Notes: generated by a model not told the origin, from the sequence alone. Shown: positions 48,957 to 59,558, counted from the first letter of the stretch. The stretch is 64,000 bases of DNA from an uncultured bacterium (GCA_965112635.1 OZ218778.1:544001-608000); one strand, 5' to 3'. Program-made: numbers and translations.

Positions 48957-49346
48957 TCAGAATTTTACGGATGAACCTAACATTTTCTGGCTGATCTGGA
49001 TGAGGAATTTCACGATCTGTTCTTTGCTTTCCGCTGATATCTTTTGGTATCTTATCCCATAGCCGTAAATACCGATATTCTGGTTCTCTTCCTTTTTCCA
49101 CAGGACATGGCAAAGCAGGATGATCTGCTTGAAGGAGTTGGGAAGGTAAAAGTTCAACCGCAGCAAGGTGCCCACGGGGATCAGGGTGTCGGAAACGAGG
49201 TAGACCCCTTCGGCGCCCAGGTTTTCTATGCAGGTATCGGGGCCGAGGTTTTTCAGCTCTTTTTTGCCGGTGACCACATTTTTGACCTGGTAATAACCCC
49301 TTGCCGGGATCAGGGTATTATATCTTAAACTTTTTCTGTATCTCAT
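48957..49346 (-). CDS. PilZ-domain protein
   Basis: RKSLR (RxxxR), NLGAEG variant of D/NxSxxG, YGYGIRY. Confidence 0.75.
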   Translation of the reverse strand: MRYRKSLRYNTLIPARGYYQVKNVVTGKKELKNLGPDTCIENLGAEGVYLVSDTLIPVGTLLRLNFYLPNSFKQIILLCHVLWKKEENQNIGIYGYGIRYQKISAESKEQIVKFLIQISQKMLGSSVKF

Positions 49347-49367
49347 GTTAAATCGCTCCCGCCGTTC

Positions 49368-49736
49368 TCATTTTGTTTTCTTCGTGCCCAGGATATATTC
49401 GCTGACCTTGATCTTGTCCGCCTCTTTGATCTCCATGGTCAGGATGCCGTAGCCGTATTTTCCGCCGATATCCGCTTTGGTCTCCTTTTTTCTGATCACT
49501 TCGCCTATCAGGTTGATCGGCCTGGTATATCCGGGCAAATAAAACCCGATCTGCACAATGCTCCCCAGGCGCACGTCTGAATCCGAAGCAATGAAAATCC
49601 CGTCGGAACTGACATTGCCGATCATCGTGTGTTCGTCCAGCTTGGAGACCAGGTGGTACGCCTTTTTCCTGTATTCCAGCACCGCCCCTTTGGCGAACAT
49701 CAAAACATCGACTCTCGAGCCTTTTCTCCGGTACAT
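49368..49736 (-). CDS. PilZ-domain protein
   Basis: RKGSR (RxxxR), NVSSDG, GEVIR, YGYGI. Confidence 0.8.
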   Translation of the reverse strand: MYRRKGSRVDVLMFAKGAVLEYRKKAYHLVSKLDEHTMIGNVSSDGIFIASDSDVRLGSIVQIGFYLPGYTRPINLIGEVIRKKETKADIGGKYGYGILTMEIKEADKIKVSEYILGTKKTK

Positions 49737-49863
49737 TCCCCACCTCTTCGGACCAAAACCATTGTTAAATTTAGCAAAAAATAGGCCTTTAGCAAGACGT
49801 GTCCCTGACTTTTTTATAAAATTTCAGGAATAGGAAAGTGAGAGCCAGGTCCAGGCTCTTGGG

Positions 49864-51783
49864 CTAGCGGCCGGTCAAGGCGATGACCTGCTGGGCGTGG
49901 ACGTGCCCGCTCCGCTTGAGGTCCGGCGACTCGTCCACCAGGATATAAAGGTCGCCGTCCGCGGCGATCATGTCCGGCACGCGGGTTTGCTTGTTGCCCC
50001 TGCCTATTTCCGGCGTATCCCGGATGGGCACTTTAAGGTCCAGGGTGAATGGGGCCGGAAGGCTGGGTGCCTTTTCCGCAGTGATATCCACCCCTGCCAC
50101 CTTGAGGGTCAGGTCAGGCCCTGTGGCCGTGTCCACCCAGGCGATGTAAGCGTAGCGGCCTGTGACGACCATCCGGTTGACCTCGAAAAAGTTCTCGAAA
50201 TAGCCAGGTCTCAGGTCAGGATAGTTGCCGGTTTGGTTGGCGTTATTGAGTTCCAGCGTCCATTTTTCCTCTCCCGCCGTGGCGTCAAAGACCGTGAGGG
50301 TGCTGGGCCCCACGGCTGGCTGGTCCGGAAAGGGCGGCTTGTCCCCTGTGGTGGTATCCGCGTTAAAAAGGGCGTAAACGATGTATTCCCGGCCGTCCAC
50401 TTTGGTATAGGCGATGTTAGGCCAGATGTCCCGTCCTCTCATTCCCCGCCCCACCGAAAGGTCATAGGTAATCGAAGCGCGGGGGTCTGCGTGGACGAGC
50501 TGGACGGTCTCTTCTTCACCGGGTTTCCAGGCCACCCACACGCCGTCATCCACGACCATCTTGGCGATGTTGCGGTAACAGTTGAAAATGCCTCCAGGGT
50601 CCACCGGGAACCATGACTCCTCGTCTTTGCCGGCAAAATGATAATCAAAGATCCTGGCTTTGACCTGGGCGGTTTCGCTCCTGCCTACGCCGGCGATCTT
50701 GCTGGCCTGGTTATGTAAATTTTTGTCCTCATAACTCAGGCAGGCCAGGCGCAGGCCTTTTTTGACATCGCTCGCAGCGAGCTCGTTGCCCGGCACAGCC
50801 GGGTCATAGGGGCCGATATAGTAAACTTTGTCGTTCTGCACCAGGGCTCCGTTCCACATCTTGAAGACCGGGAACCCCAGGTCGGTCTTGTAGGACTGGT
50901 CCCAGTCCCTGCTGGCTGCCAGGCCCGTGTATTTGTTGACCAGCATGTCTGACCAGCACAGGCTGTGCCCCAGGTTTTTGCTGACCACCAAATATTCGCT
51001 CCCCGGCTGCAAGTCAAAAAACCCGCACATGTTGGGGTCGTTGCTGCCCAGGATGGCGCCCATGTCCCATTCATCATCCGGCATGGGATGGGTCTCGGTG
51101 TTGGGGTCGTATTCATCCGCCCGGGTCCGGCCCGTGCTGGTGAGGACAGCCTGGGAAACACGTCTGGCGCTTTTCATGTCCGGATAGGCCGCCGCCAGGG
51201 CCGCGTAAGCTCCCACAGCCGGTTGGGGATCGCCTTTAAAAGAAGAAAGGTTGGCCAGAGGGTCAATGGCCACCCGGCAGGCCTGGTCGCCTCCAATGGA
51301 GAGGAACAAATAGCCGCTGTCCGGGTCCCACCCCACGATCTCTTCACCCATGCCCGTTTCAGCGTTGTCTTCCATGTATTTATACGGCCCGATATTCTGT
51401 TTGGTCATCAGGCAGTTGAGCACATGGCCGTCGTTGGCGTCCAAAATGGTTACGCAGGCGTTATTGGCCGGCATACCGTCCTTGGTCGTGGCGGACAAGG
51501 CCAGCTTGCCGTTCAGCAAAGCCAGGTTGCGGCTGTACATGGTCCACGGTCCTGGGTCCAAAACCGGTCCCTTGTTCCCAAAACTCTTCCATATCCTCGG
51601 GTCATTAACCTCGACCAGGCTGGTGAACCGGCGCAACCATTTGAGTTTCAAAGAGGAAGGTTGGATGTCCACAGCCGAGGCGCTTTGGTGCAGGATGCCC
51701 TCATACCCCGGCCAGTTCTCCGCAAAAGCCTGAGCGGAAACTACGAGAATGATTGCCATACAGACTTTTAAAATCCTTAACAT
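49864..51783 (-). CDS. Secreted hypothetical protein, possibly PQQ-like beta-propeller
   Basis: Signal peptide ending AFA, then ENWP; LKLKW, ILDANDG, VFDATAGEEKW resemble PQQ/BamB repeats. Confidence 0.6.
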   Translation of the reverse strand: MLRILKVCMAIILVVSAQAFAENWPGYEGILHQSASAVDIQPSSLKLKWLRRFTSLVEVNDPRIWKSFGNKGPVLDPGPWTMYSRNLALLNGKLALSATTKDGMPANNACVTILDANDGHVLNCLMTKQNIGPYKYMEDNAETGMGEEIVGWDPDSGYLFLSIGGDQACRVAIDPLANLSSFKGDPQPAVGAYAALAAAYPDMKSARRVSQAVLTSTGRTRADEYDPNTETHPMPDDEWDMGAILGSNDPNMCGFFDLQPGSEYLVVSKNLGHSLCWSDMLVNKYTGLAASRDWDQSYKTDLGFPVFKMWNGALVQNDKVYYIGPYDPAVPGNELAASDVKKGLRLACLSYEDKNLHNQASKIAGVGRSETAQVKARIFDYHFAGKDEESWFPVDPGGIFNCYRNIAKMVVDDGVWVAWKPGEEETVQLVHADPRASITYDLSVGRGMRGRDIWPNIAYTKVDGREYIVYALFNADTTTGDKPPFPDQPAVGPSTLTVFDATAGEEKWTLELNNANQTGNYPDLRPGYFENFFEVNRMVVTGRYAYIAWVDTATGPDLTLKVAGVDITAEKAPSLPAPFTLDLKVPIRDTPEIGRGNKQTRVPDMIAADGDLYILVDESPDLKRSGHVHAQQVIALTGR

Positions 51784-51802
51784 TTTGGACTCCTTTTCTT
51801 AT

Positions 51803-52927
51803 TTACAAAGCTTTTTCCAGAATTGAACTTAATTCTTCCTTGCTCGCCTGGCGGGGGTTGTATTTCAAAGAACCCGAGTATTGGGTATCGGCCAAAAGCT
51901 GGGGAATATCCTCTTTTTTCACGCCTAGACACGCCAGTCCCCGTGGCATTTTAAGGTCTTGGAGCAATTTTTTGACCGCCTTGATGGCGTCCGCGCCTAT
52001 TTCTCCCACCCTCATCCTGTAAGCCATTTTGGCGTACTGGGCTTCAGCCACAGCTAGATTGAACTCCATGACCGCGGGCAAAAGAAGAGCGCAGACCAGG
52101 CCGTGGCTGATATGGTAACGCGCCCCTACGGGGTGGGCCAGGCCGTGCACGGTGCCCAGTCCTGAATTGGAAAAAGACATGCCTGCCACAAAACTGGCCA
52201 GGAGCATGGCGTCCCTGGCTTGTTCGTTTTCGCCGTGCTGGAACGCCTCCAGCAAGTTTTCCCCGGTCATTTTCAAGCTGGTCAAAGCCAGGGATTCAGT
52301 CAGGGGTGTGGCCGTATTGCATACGAGCGCTTCGCAGGCATGGGTCAAACAGTCCATTCCGCTCAGGGCCGTGAGTTCTGGCGGCATGCTCACAGTCAGG
52401 CTGGGGTCCAAAATGACCAGGTCGGCCATGAGATACGGGCTCCGCAGGCTGATCTTGATGCCTTTTTGCTTGTCGGATAGGACGCTGTTCTTGGTGGCTT
52501 CGCTGCCAGAACCGGCCGTGGTGGGTATGGCCACAAAAGGAACTCCCTTGGCTTTGATCTCCTGGTTATATAAAAACTCTCTTACCGAACCGGTTAACTT
52601 CATCAGCCCGGCAACGGATTTGGCTGTATCCAGGGCACTGCCTCCGCCCAGCCCGATCACAAAATCACATTTTTCTTTTTTACCTAGCTCAACGGCCTGG
52701 TCAACTGTCTCCAGTGACGGCTCCGGCTCCACTTCCGAAAAAAGCACGGGAACAATGCCCGCCTCATTTAAGGATTGGAGAAGTTTAGGGAGGAATCCCT
52801 GCTGGCTGGCCATGGTTTTTCCAGTGATGACCAGGGCTTTTCTTCCTAAAATCTTGGCATGGGAACCGGTTTCGCTGAGGCATCCCCAGCCGGATACGAC
52901 TTTGGTAGGAAAAAGATACTCGGTCAA
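51803..52927 (-). CDS. Iron-containing alcohol dehydrogenase
   Basis: GLGGGSALD, PTTAGSGSE, DCLTH, HGLAH, HG. Confidence 0.93.
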   Translation of the reverse strand: MTEYLFPTKVVSGWGCLSETGSHAKILGRKALVITGKTMASQQGFLPKLLQSLNEAGIVPVLFSEVEPEPSLETVDQAVELGKKEKCDFVIGLGGGSALDTAKSVAGLMKLTGSVREFLYNQEIKAKGVPFVAIPTTAGSGSEATKNSVLSDKQKGIKISLRSPYLMADLVILDPSLTVSMPPELTALSGMDCLTHACEALVCNTATPLTESLALTSLKMTGENLLEAFQHGENEQARDAMLLASFVAGMSFSNSGLGTVHGLAHPVGARYHISHGLVCALLLPAVMEFNLAVAEAQYAKMAYRMRVGEIGADAIKAVKKLLQDLKMPRGLACLGVKKEDIPQLLADTQYSGSLKYNPRQASKEELSSILEKAL

Positions 52928-52944
52928 AAGAAGTACTCCTGTGG

Positions 52945-54462
52945 CTATTTCACTCCCGCCCAGTTACGCAGGAACTGGACCAAAAGCCTGACCCCAAAAC
53001 CTGTGCCGCCCTTGGGGATATAGGGCTTGGCCTTGTCGTCAAAGGCCGTGCCCGCGATGTCCAGGTGGGCCCAGGCATAACCCTCTGTAAAATGTTTCAG
53101 GAACATGGCGCCGGTGATGGTGCCGGCCCCGCGGGCCCCGACATTTTTGATGTCAGCCAGGTCGCTTTTGATGTTTTCCGCGTATTCTTCGTACATGGGC
53201 AGCGGCCAGGCGCGCTCACCGGTCTGTTCCGAGGCTTTTTTGACCTTGTCCATCAAAGCCTGGTCAGAGCCCAAAAGCCCGCAGGCTTCATGGCCCAGGG
53301 CCACGACACAGGCGCCGGTCAGGGTGGCCAGGTCGATCACGGCCTTGGGTTTGAAATGCTTGGCATAGCTCAGGGCGTCGGCCAGGATGACCCTTCCCTC
53401 GGCGTCCGTGTTGATGACCTCGATCGTTTTGCCGTTCAAAGCCATCACGATATCACCTGGCTTGGTGGCATGTCCGCTGGGCAGGTTTTCCGTGGCCGGA
53501 GCCAGGCCCACCACATGCAGGGGTAACTTGAGCTTGGCCACGGCTTGCAAAACGCCCAGGACCACTCCGGCGCCCGCCATATCGCCTTTCATTTCCTCCA
53601 TTTTTTCCGCGGGTTTGAGGGATATCCCGCCGCTGTCAAAAGTGATGCCTTTGCCCACGATCACAATGGTATCCCACTCCTTGTGGTTGGCCCCGTGTTC
53701 CAGAACGATGAACCGGGGCGGCTCGTCGCTGCCCTTGGCCACACTGAGAAGCCCGCCCATTTTTAATTTTTGGATCTCTTTGGGCTCCATGACCTTGCAG
53801 GCCAGGCCGTTCTTTTTGGCAACTTCCTTGGCCACGAGTCCCAATTTGGTGGGGGTCAGTTCGTTGCTGGGCGTGTTGACCAGGTCCCGGACCAGGTAAA
53901 CCGACTCGTTGGTGACCTGGGCCAGCTGCACGGCTTTTTGCGCTTTGGCCATTTTTTGGCCGTTGTTCTCCATAATGGTAATGGACTTGATCTCTTTGTC
54001 CTTGTCCTCTTTTTTGGTCTTGAAACGATCATATTCATAAAGGGCCAGGATGGAGCCCTCGGCCATGGCCAGGCACGCTTCCTGGATATCCGTACCCTCG
54101 TGGCCTCCGCCGAAGATCACCGTGGCGTACTCTTTGACCCCGAGCTCCCTGGCCTCGGTGGCGGCCCTGCCTGCGGCCTGCCTGACCTTTTCCATATTGT
54201 ATTCGTCCCACTTGCCCAGCCCGACCACTAAAACCTTTTCCGCCGCTAGCTTGCCGCCAGTCCTCAAGAGGGTGGTCTTTAAAAATTTTCCCGTAAACTC
54301 CCCGCTCTGGACGATCTTGCTCAAAACCCCCGAGAGGGCCTTGTCCACGGCTTCCGCGGCGCCCCGGGGGGCTTTCAAACCCTCAAAAAACCCCACCACA
54401 ATCATCTCGGTCTTTTCTTTAAGGATGTCGCCTTCTTTGACGTTCAGATTCGTTTTAACCAT
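52945..54462 (-). CDS. pepA: Leucyl aminopeptidase (M17)
   Basis: VGKGITFDSGG, MKGDMAG, NTDAEGR, ATLTGA, HLDIAG. Confidence 0.96.
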   Translation of the reverse strand: MVKTNLNVKEGDILKEKTEMIVVGFFEGLKAPRGAAEAVDKALSGVLSKIVQSGEFTGKFLKTTLLRTGGKLAAEKVLVVGLGKWDEYNMEKVRQAAGRAATEARELGVKEYATVIFGGGHEGTDIQEACLAMAEGSILALYEYDRFKTKKEDKDKEIKSITIMENNGQKMAKAQKAVQLAQVTNESVYLVRDLVNTPSNELTPTKLGLVAKEVAKKNGLACKVMEPKEIQKLKMGGLLSVAKGSDEPPRFIVLEHGANHKEWDTIVIVGKGITFDSGGISLKPAEKMEEMKGDMAGAGVVLGVLQAVAKLKLPLHVVGLAPATENLPSGHATKPGDIVMALNGKTIEVINTDAEGRVILADALSYAKHFKPKAVIDLATLTGACVVALGHEACGLLGSDQALMDKVKKASEQTGERAWPLPMYEEYAENIKSDLADIKNVGARGAGTITGAMFLKHFTEGYAWAHLDIAGTAFDDKAKPYIPKGGTGFGVRLLVQFLRNWAGVK

Positions 54463-54949
54463 GAAAATCCCCTTTCAGCTTTGTTTTGACGGCTTGTTCC
54501 ACGATCCTCGGCACAAAATGGCTGGCGTCCCCGCCCAGGGCAATGACTTCTTTGACCAGGTGAGAATTGAGATAGGTGTAATCCTCCGAGGGCGTCATAA
54601 AGACCACCTCGAACTTTTTGCTGAGTTTGCGGTTCAGGAGGGCCATCTGAAACTCATACTCAAAATCCGAAATGGCTCGCAGGCCTCTTAGGATGACCCG
54701 GGCGTTCCTTTGCGCGGCAAAATCCACCAAAAGCCCGGTAAAACTTTCCACTGTGACGTTCTTCATGCTCTTGGTGACCTGGCGGATCAAGGAAACCCTT
54801 TCCTCCAGGCTGAAGAGAGGTCTTTTGCCCTGATTTTCCGCGACCCCGATGATCAGGCGGTCAAAAACCCGCAGCCCTCTTTTGATGAGGTCCAAATGAC
54901 CGTAGGTGATGGGATCAAAACTTCCGGCGTAAATGGCTGTCCTTTTCAT
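54455..54949 (-). CDS. coaD: Pantetheine-phosphate adenylyltransferase
   Basis: GSFDPITYGH, RGLRAISDFEYE. Confidence 0.97.
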   Translation of the reverse strand: MKRTAIYAGSFDPITYGHLDLIKRGLRVFDRLIIGVAENQGKRPLFSLEERVSLIRQVTKSMKNVTVESFTGLLVDFAAQRNARVILRGLRAISDFEYEFQMALLNRKLSKKFEVVFMTPSEDYTYLNSHLVKEVIALGGDASHFVPRIVEQAVKTKLKGDFHG

Positions 54950-54991
54950 TCTTCCCCCTTAAAATCATAATGGCAACATTTTACCACAGGC

Positions 54992-55558
54992 TCACCCGTG
55001 TTTTTCAGGCTGATGTTTGAAGAGCGTGATGGAAACCTGGCCGTAGAGCTTGTGCCTGAACTGGACAAGTCCAGCCACCCTTTGGGGCAGCTCTTCTTTT
55101 ATATGGTGCTCCGCCACAATGACGGCTCCTTTGACCAGCAATTTAGCGTCAGCCAATTCCTGTAAACACTCCGGGACCAGGTTTTTGCCGTAAGGAGGGT
55201 CCAAAAACACGATATCAAACTTAGCCTTTTCCTGTTTGAGCTTGTGGATGGCGGATAAATGGGGCAAATTCCACACCTCAACCTCATCCCTGAGCCCCAA
55301 AGAGTCCAGGTTCTTCTGGATGACCTGGATGGAATCCCTGCTCTGGTCCACCAGGCAGGCAAAGCTCGCTCCCCGGCTTATGGCTTCGATGGCCATGTTG
55401 CCGGTGCCCGCGAAAAAATCTACCACCCGGGCACCTGGGATCTTCGGGGTCAGGATGGAAAAAAGCGATTCTTTGACCCTGTCCAGGGTGGGCCGGATGG
55501 ACTGGCCTTCGAGGCAATAAAGTTTTCGATGACGATATTTTCCAGCAATGATCCGCAC
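54992..55558 (-). CDS. rsmD: 16S rRNA m2G966 methyltransferase
   Basis: GTG start VRIIAGKY, RPT..RVKESLF, DFFAGTG, DPPY. Confidence 0.95.
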   Translation of the reverse strand: MRIIAGKYRHRKLYCLEGQSIRPTLDRVKESLFSILTPKIPGARVVDFFAGTGNMAIEAISRGASFACLVDQSRDSIQVIQKNLDSLGLRDEVEVWNLPHLSAIHKLKQEKAKFDIVFLDPPYGKNLVPECLQELADAKLLVKGAVIVAEHHIKEELPQRVAGLVQFRHKLYGQVSITLFKHQPEKHG

Positions 55559-55582
55559 TGAATATCCCTTTCTTTGCCAATG

Positions 55583-55732
55583 GGTGCTACTTCGCATGCT
55601 CATAAAATTTCGGAGATGCGCATGCGAAGTGCACCTCCGCTCACTACGTTCGCTCCGGGCTGGTCTTGTCCCCGACTTGTTCTACCATAGTCCCCTTTGG
55701 GGACTTCTAAGGTAGGTCAGGGACAAGACCAG
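55583..55732. repeat. Two long intergenic inverted repeats (REP/MITE-like)
   Basis: GGTGC-T-ACTTCGCATGC...GCATGCGAAGT-GCACC (55583-55635) and CTGGTCTTGTCCC...GGGACAAGACCAG (55660-55732) with nested inner stems. Confidence 0.6.
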
Positions 55733-55734
55733 TG

Positions 55735-58131
55735 CTAGCTCAGGCTGGCCAGCTCAAACCTCTTGCCGTATTTGCTGACCAGGTTCTCTTTTAATACCTG
55801 GTTGGCGGCTTTGCTCAGGTCCGGGTCCGCCTCCACGATGGCTTGCGCCACGCTCCGGGCAGACTCCAAAAGCGCCACGTCCCTGGTCAGGTCCACCAGG
55901 GCCGAATCCAGGATGCCGTGCTGCCTGAGACCCGAAAGTTCGCCAGGCCCCCGCAGGGCCAGGTCGGTCTCGGCGATCTTGAACCCGTCGTTGGTGGCTT
56001 CCATGGCCCGCAACCGCTTGATGGCCTCGCCGGTCAGCGGCCATCCGGTCAGGAGGAAGCAATAAGAATCCTGCGCTCCCCTGCCCACCCGGCCCCTGAG
56101 CTGGTGGAGCTGGGCCAGGCCGAACCGCTCGGCGTTTTCAATAACTATAATAGAAGCGTTGGACACATCCAGCCCCACCTCGACCACCGTGGTGGCTACC
56201 AGGATGTCGATCCGGCGTGCGTGGAAGTCGTTCATCACGGCTGCTTTTTCCTGCGGTTTGAGCCTGCCGTGGATGAGCCCGACCCTGAGGTCGGAAAAAA
56301 CAAAGCGGGACAGCTGTTCCGCCATCTGCGTGGCCGCCTTGAGCTGGGGCCGGCTGTTCTCCTCCACCAGGGGGTACACGATATAGGCCTGCTCCCCGGC
56401 TTTGATTCTATCCCGGATGAACTGGTAAAGGGACGCTTTTTCGCTCTGGCGCAGCCATTTGGTCTTGATGGGTTTGCGGCCGGGCGGCAGTTCGTCGATG
56501 ACGGAAAGGTCCGTGTCGCCGTAAAGGGTCAGGACCATGGCCCTGGGAAAAGGCGTGGCGGTCATCATCAGGGCGTCCGGATAGACCCCCTTGGACTCCA
56601 GGACCGCGCGCTGCATGACCCCGAATTTATGCCGTTCATCCACGACCACCATGCCCAGCCTGGAAAAAACAACCCCTTCTTCCAGCAAGGCGTGGGTGCC
56701 GATGGCCAGCTGGCTCTCCCCGCTGGCCAGCCTGGCCAAAGCCTCCCGTTTAGCCTTGGCCCTGACCCCGCCGGTCAAAAGTTCCACTCTTACCTCCAGG
56801 GGCGAGAACAATCTCGAAAACGTTTCACTGTGCTGTTCGGCCAGGATCTCCGTGGGAGCCAGCAAAGCGCCCTGGAAACCGCTGTCGATGGTTTTCAAAA
56901 GGGACAGGGCTGCCACGATGGTCTTGCCCGAACCCACGTCTCCCTGCAGCAGACGGTTCATGGGTTTGGGCGATAGGAGGTCGCTATCGATCTCCTTGAT
57001 CACCTTTTGCTGGCTGGGGGTCAGGGAAAAAGGAAGGGTTCGGAGCAAAGCCTGGACACGGGTTCCGCTGGTCTGGTAGACCCTGTTCTTTTTGATCTTT
57101 TCCACATGCTTTTTCCTGACCGCCAGGGAGACCTGCAAAGCCAACAGCTCGTCAAAAGCCAGCCTCTTCCTCGCGCCCCACCATTCCGCCTTGCTGACCG
57201 CTGTATGGATCCTCAAAACCGCCTCGCTCAGCCCCAAAAGCCCCAACTGCCCGAGGCCAGCGCTGTCCAAAATTTCTTTTTCGGCCAGCAAGGCGTGATG
57301 CTGGCGTGCCAATTCCGGCATGGCCTTCCGCAAAAAGGCCTGGCTCAGCAGAGGCGTGGTGTGGTAAAGCGAAAGGCAGCGGCCCTGCTCCAAGATGGCC
57401 AGTTCTTCTTCGTCCAGGAACTCAAAGCTGTTGTTGGTGCCCACGACCTGCTTGCCCCAGGGGGTCTTTTCCACCTGGTCCCAGAGGAGTACTTTCCGGC
57501 CTGCTCTGAACTTTTCGTTCAGGTATGGCCGGTTGAACCAGACCCAGCTGATGATCTCGTTATCGATCTTCAGCAGGACCTTCAATATCCTTCTTTTACC
57601 TTTGACCATTTCTTCCGTGGCCATGACTTCGGCCAGCATAAAGGCCCGGTCGCCCGGGCTGGCCCGGCCAGCCAGGAGGTCCTGTTTTTCGATGACCCAT
57701 TTAGGGAAATAATAAAGAAGCTGGAAAAGATTATGAATCCTGAGGTGCTTGAAGGAAAGGCATTTTTGGGGGCCTATTTCGGGGATTTCGCTGACCTTTT
57801 GGCCCAGGTTGGCGGTTGGGGCTGGGTTGGTTTTTTTGGGTGGAGCTGCCGATTGGAGGTTCGCTTCTCTCAGCAGCAGGAGTTTACCCAGGAATTCTTT
57901 TACCTTTTTTTCCCTTTCTTGCAGTGAAAGGCTCTGATAATTTTTCAGAATGCCGGTGAAAGCTTCAAAACCCTGCCGGTTTTGCTGGTAATAATCCTGA
58001 CCTTTGACTTCTGTGAGCCACAGGTTTTGGTATGACTCCAGCCCGCCCTGGACGGCCTTATCCTGGCAGCCGCCCTTGACCTCAAGTTTCAAAGGCTTTT
58101 CTATCTTTAGGATCCATTCTTCCAAATTCAA
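55735..58131 (-). CDS. recG: ATP-dependent DNA helicase RecG
   Basis: RLAFDEL, GDVGSGKT, APTEILAEQH, DERH, TATP, QLHQLRGRVGRG, DLALRGPGE. Confidence 0.96.
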   Translation of the reverse strand: MNLEEWILKIEKPLKLEVKGGCQDKAVQGGLESYQNLWLTEVKGQDYYQQNRQGFEAFTGILKNYQSLSLQEREKKVKEFLGKLLLLREANLQSAAPPKKTNPAPTANLGQKVSEIPEIGPQKCLSFKHLRIHNLFQLLYYFPKWVIEKQDLLAGRASPGDRAFMLAEVMATEEMVKGKRRILKVLLKIDNEIISWVWFNRPYLNEKFRAGRKVLLWDQVEKTPWGKQVVGTNNSFEFLDEEELAILEQGRCLSLYHTTPLLSQAFLRKAMPELARQHHALLAEKEILDSAGLGQLGLLGLSEAVLRIHTAVSKAEWWGARKRLAFDELLALQVSLAVRKKHVEKIKKNRVYQTSGTRVQALLRTLPFSLTPSQQKVIKEIDSDLLSPKPMNRLLQGDVGSGKTIVAALSLLKTIDSGFQGALLAPTEILAEQHSETFSRLFSPLEVRVELLTGGVRAKAKREALARLASGESQLAIGTHALLEEGVVFSRLGMVVVDERHKFGVMQRAVLESKGVYPDALMMTATPFPRAMVLTLYGDTDLSVIDELPPGRKPIKTKWLRQSEKASLYQFIRDRIKAGEQAYIVYPLVEENSRPQLKAATQMAEQLSRFVFSDLRVGLIHGRLKPQEKAAVMNDFHARRIDILVATTVVEVGLDVSNASIIVIENAERFGLAQLHQLRGRVGRGAQDSYCFLLTGWPLTGEAIKRLRAMEATNDGFKIAETDLALRGPGELSGLRQHGILDSALVDLTRDVALLESARSVAQAIVEADPDLSKAANQVLKENLVSKYGKRFELASLS

Positions 58132-58278
58132 TAGGGGCTCCTTAAGAACCTCAAAAAAATCTTGTCGTCCTTGTCCGGATATGGTACTTTAATCCTTCCA
58201 AACTAAGATTTTCCGGCATCCCCAACATTTTATAGGAAGTTCCGGCTGGATAAAAGGATTTACAAAGGAGCAACTAGG

Positions 58279-58503
58279 ATGAAAAGGGTCAAAAAAGTAA
58301 CGGGTTCCGTGAGGACTACAACTTGTTTTTACTGCGGTAAAAGCACCCAAGTGGGCAGGCAAGTCAGCCATTCCAAAAGAAGGACCCACAAGACCTGGCA
58401 CGCCAACTTACACCAGGCTCATGTGCTCATCGACAATGTCCGCCGCCACGTCCTGGCCTGTACGCGCTGCCTGCGCTCCGGAGTGGTCAAAAAGGTAGTC
58501 TAA
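58279..58503 (+). CDS. rpmB: 50S ribosomal protein L28 (Zn-ribbon form)
   Basis: CFYCGK, GRQVSHS, WHANL, CTRCLRSG. Confidence 0.92.
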   Translation: MKRVKKVTGSVRTTTCFYCGKSTQVGRQVSHSKRRTHKTWHANLHQAHVLIDNVRRHVLACTRCLRSGVVKKVV

Positions 58504-58529
58504 ACTTCCACCTGATTCTCCCGAAGAAG

Positions 58530-59558
58530 TTACCTGACTACGATCTTCCTTAGGAAATCTCCAGGCTGGTCCAGCATCCTTCCGCAACCCATCACCACGC
58601 AATTCATGGGGTCTTCGGAGAGATTGACCGGTACCTGGGTCTCGTCCCTGAGCCGGTCCTCCATGCCTTTGAGCAAAGAAGAACCTCCCGCGAGGACGAT
58701 GCCCCTGTCCACGATGTCCGCGATCAACTCTGGCGGCGTCTTTTCTAGGACTTGTTTGATGGCGTCGATGATCACCAGTAAGGGTTCTTCCAGGGCTCCC
58801 CGGATCTCTTCGGAGGTTATCTCGATGGTCCGAGGCAAACCCGTCACCAGGTCCAGCCCCTTGACCATGGTCTTGAGCTCTTCCTTAAGGGGAAAAGCCG
58901 AGCCGACCTTGAACTTGACGATCTCGGCGCTGGGTTCTCCGATCAGGACATTGTAGGTCTTTTTGATGTAGTTCACGATGGCTTCGTCCAGCTTGTTGCC
59001 GCCGACCCTGACCGATTTGGAATAAACCATGCCGCTCAGGGAGATCACGGCCACTTCGGTCGTCCCTCCCCCGATATCCACGATCATGTTCCCGGACGGC
59101 TCCTCGATGGGCAGATTGGCGCCGATGGCCGCGGCCATGGGCTCTTCCACGAGAAAGACCTCCCTGGCGCCGGCCTGCTCGGCTGAATCCCTCACCGCCC
59201 TTTTTTCTACTTCAGTGCCTCCGGAAGGGATGGCGATGATGATCCGCGGCCGGATCATCCTATGGCGGTTATGGACCTTGGTCAGAAAAAAACGCAGCAT
59301 CCGTTCCGTCACCTCAAAGTCAGCGATAACGCCGTCCTGCATGGGCCGGATGGCCGCGATATTGATCGGGGTGCGGCCCAGCATGGCCTTGGCTTCCTTG
59401 CCTACCGCCAAAACCTCGCCGGTGTCTTTTTGGACCGCCACGATGGACGGTTCGGTCAGGACAATACCCTGGCCTTTGACATAGACCACGGTGTTGGCCG
59501 TCCCCAGGTCGATAGCCATATCCTTGGAAAACATGCCGATCATTGCATCATAGATCAC
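58530..59558 (-). CDS. mreB: Rod shape-determining protein MreB
   Basis: [37 protein letters not shown]. Confidence 0.97.
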   Translation of the reverse strand: MIYDAMIGMFSKDMAIDLGTANTVVYVKGQGIVLTEPSIVAVQKDTGEVLAVGKEAKAMLGRTPINIAAIRPMQDGVIADFEVTERMLRFFLTKVHNRHRMIRPRIIIAIPSGGTEVEKRAVRDSAEQAGAREVFLVEEPMAAAIGANLPIEEPSGNMIVDIGGGTTEVAVISLSGMVYSKSVRVGGNKLDEAIVNYIKKTYNVLIGEPSAEIVKFKVGSAFPLKEELKTMVKGLDLVTGLPRTIEITSEEIRGALEEPLLVIIDAIKQVLEKTPPELIADIVDRGIVLAGGSSLLKGMEDRLRDETQVPVNLSEDPMNCVVMGCGRMLDQPGDFLRKIVVR

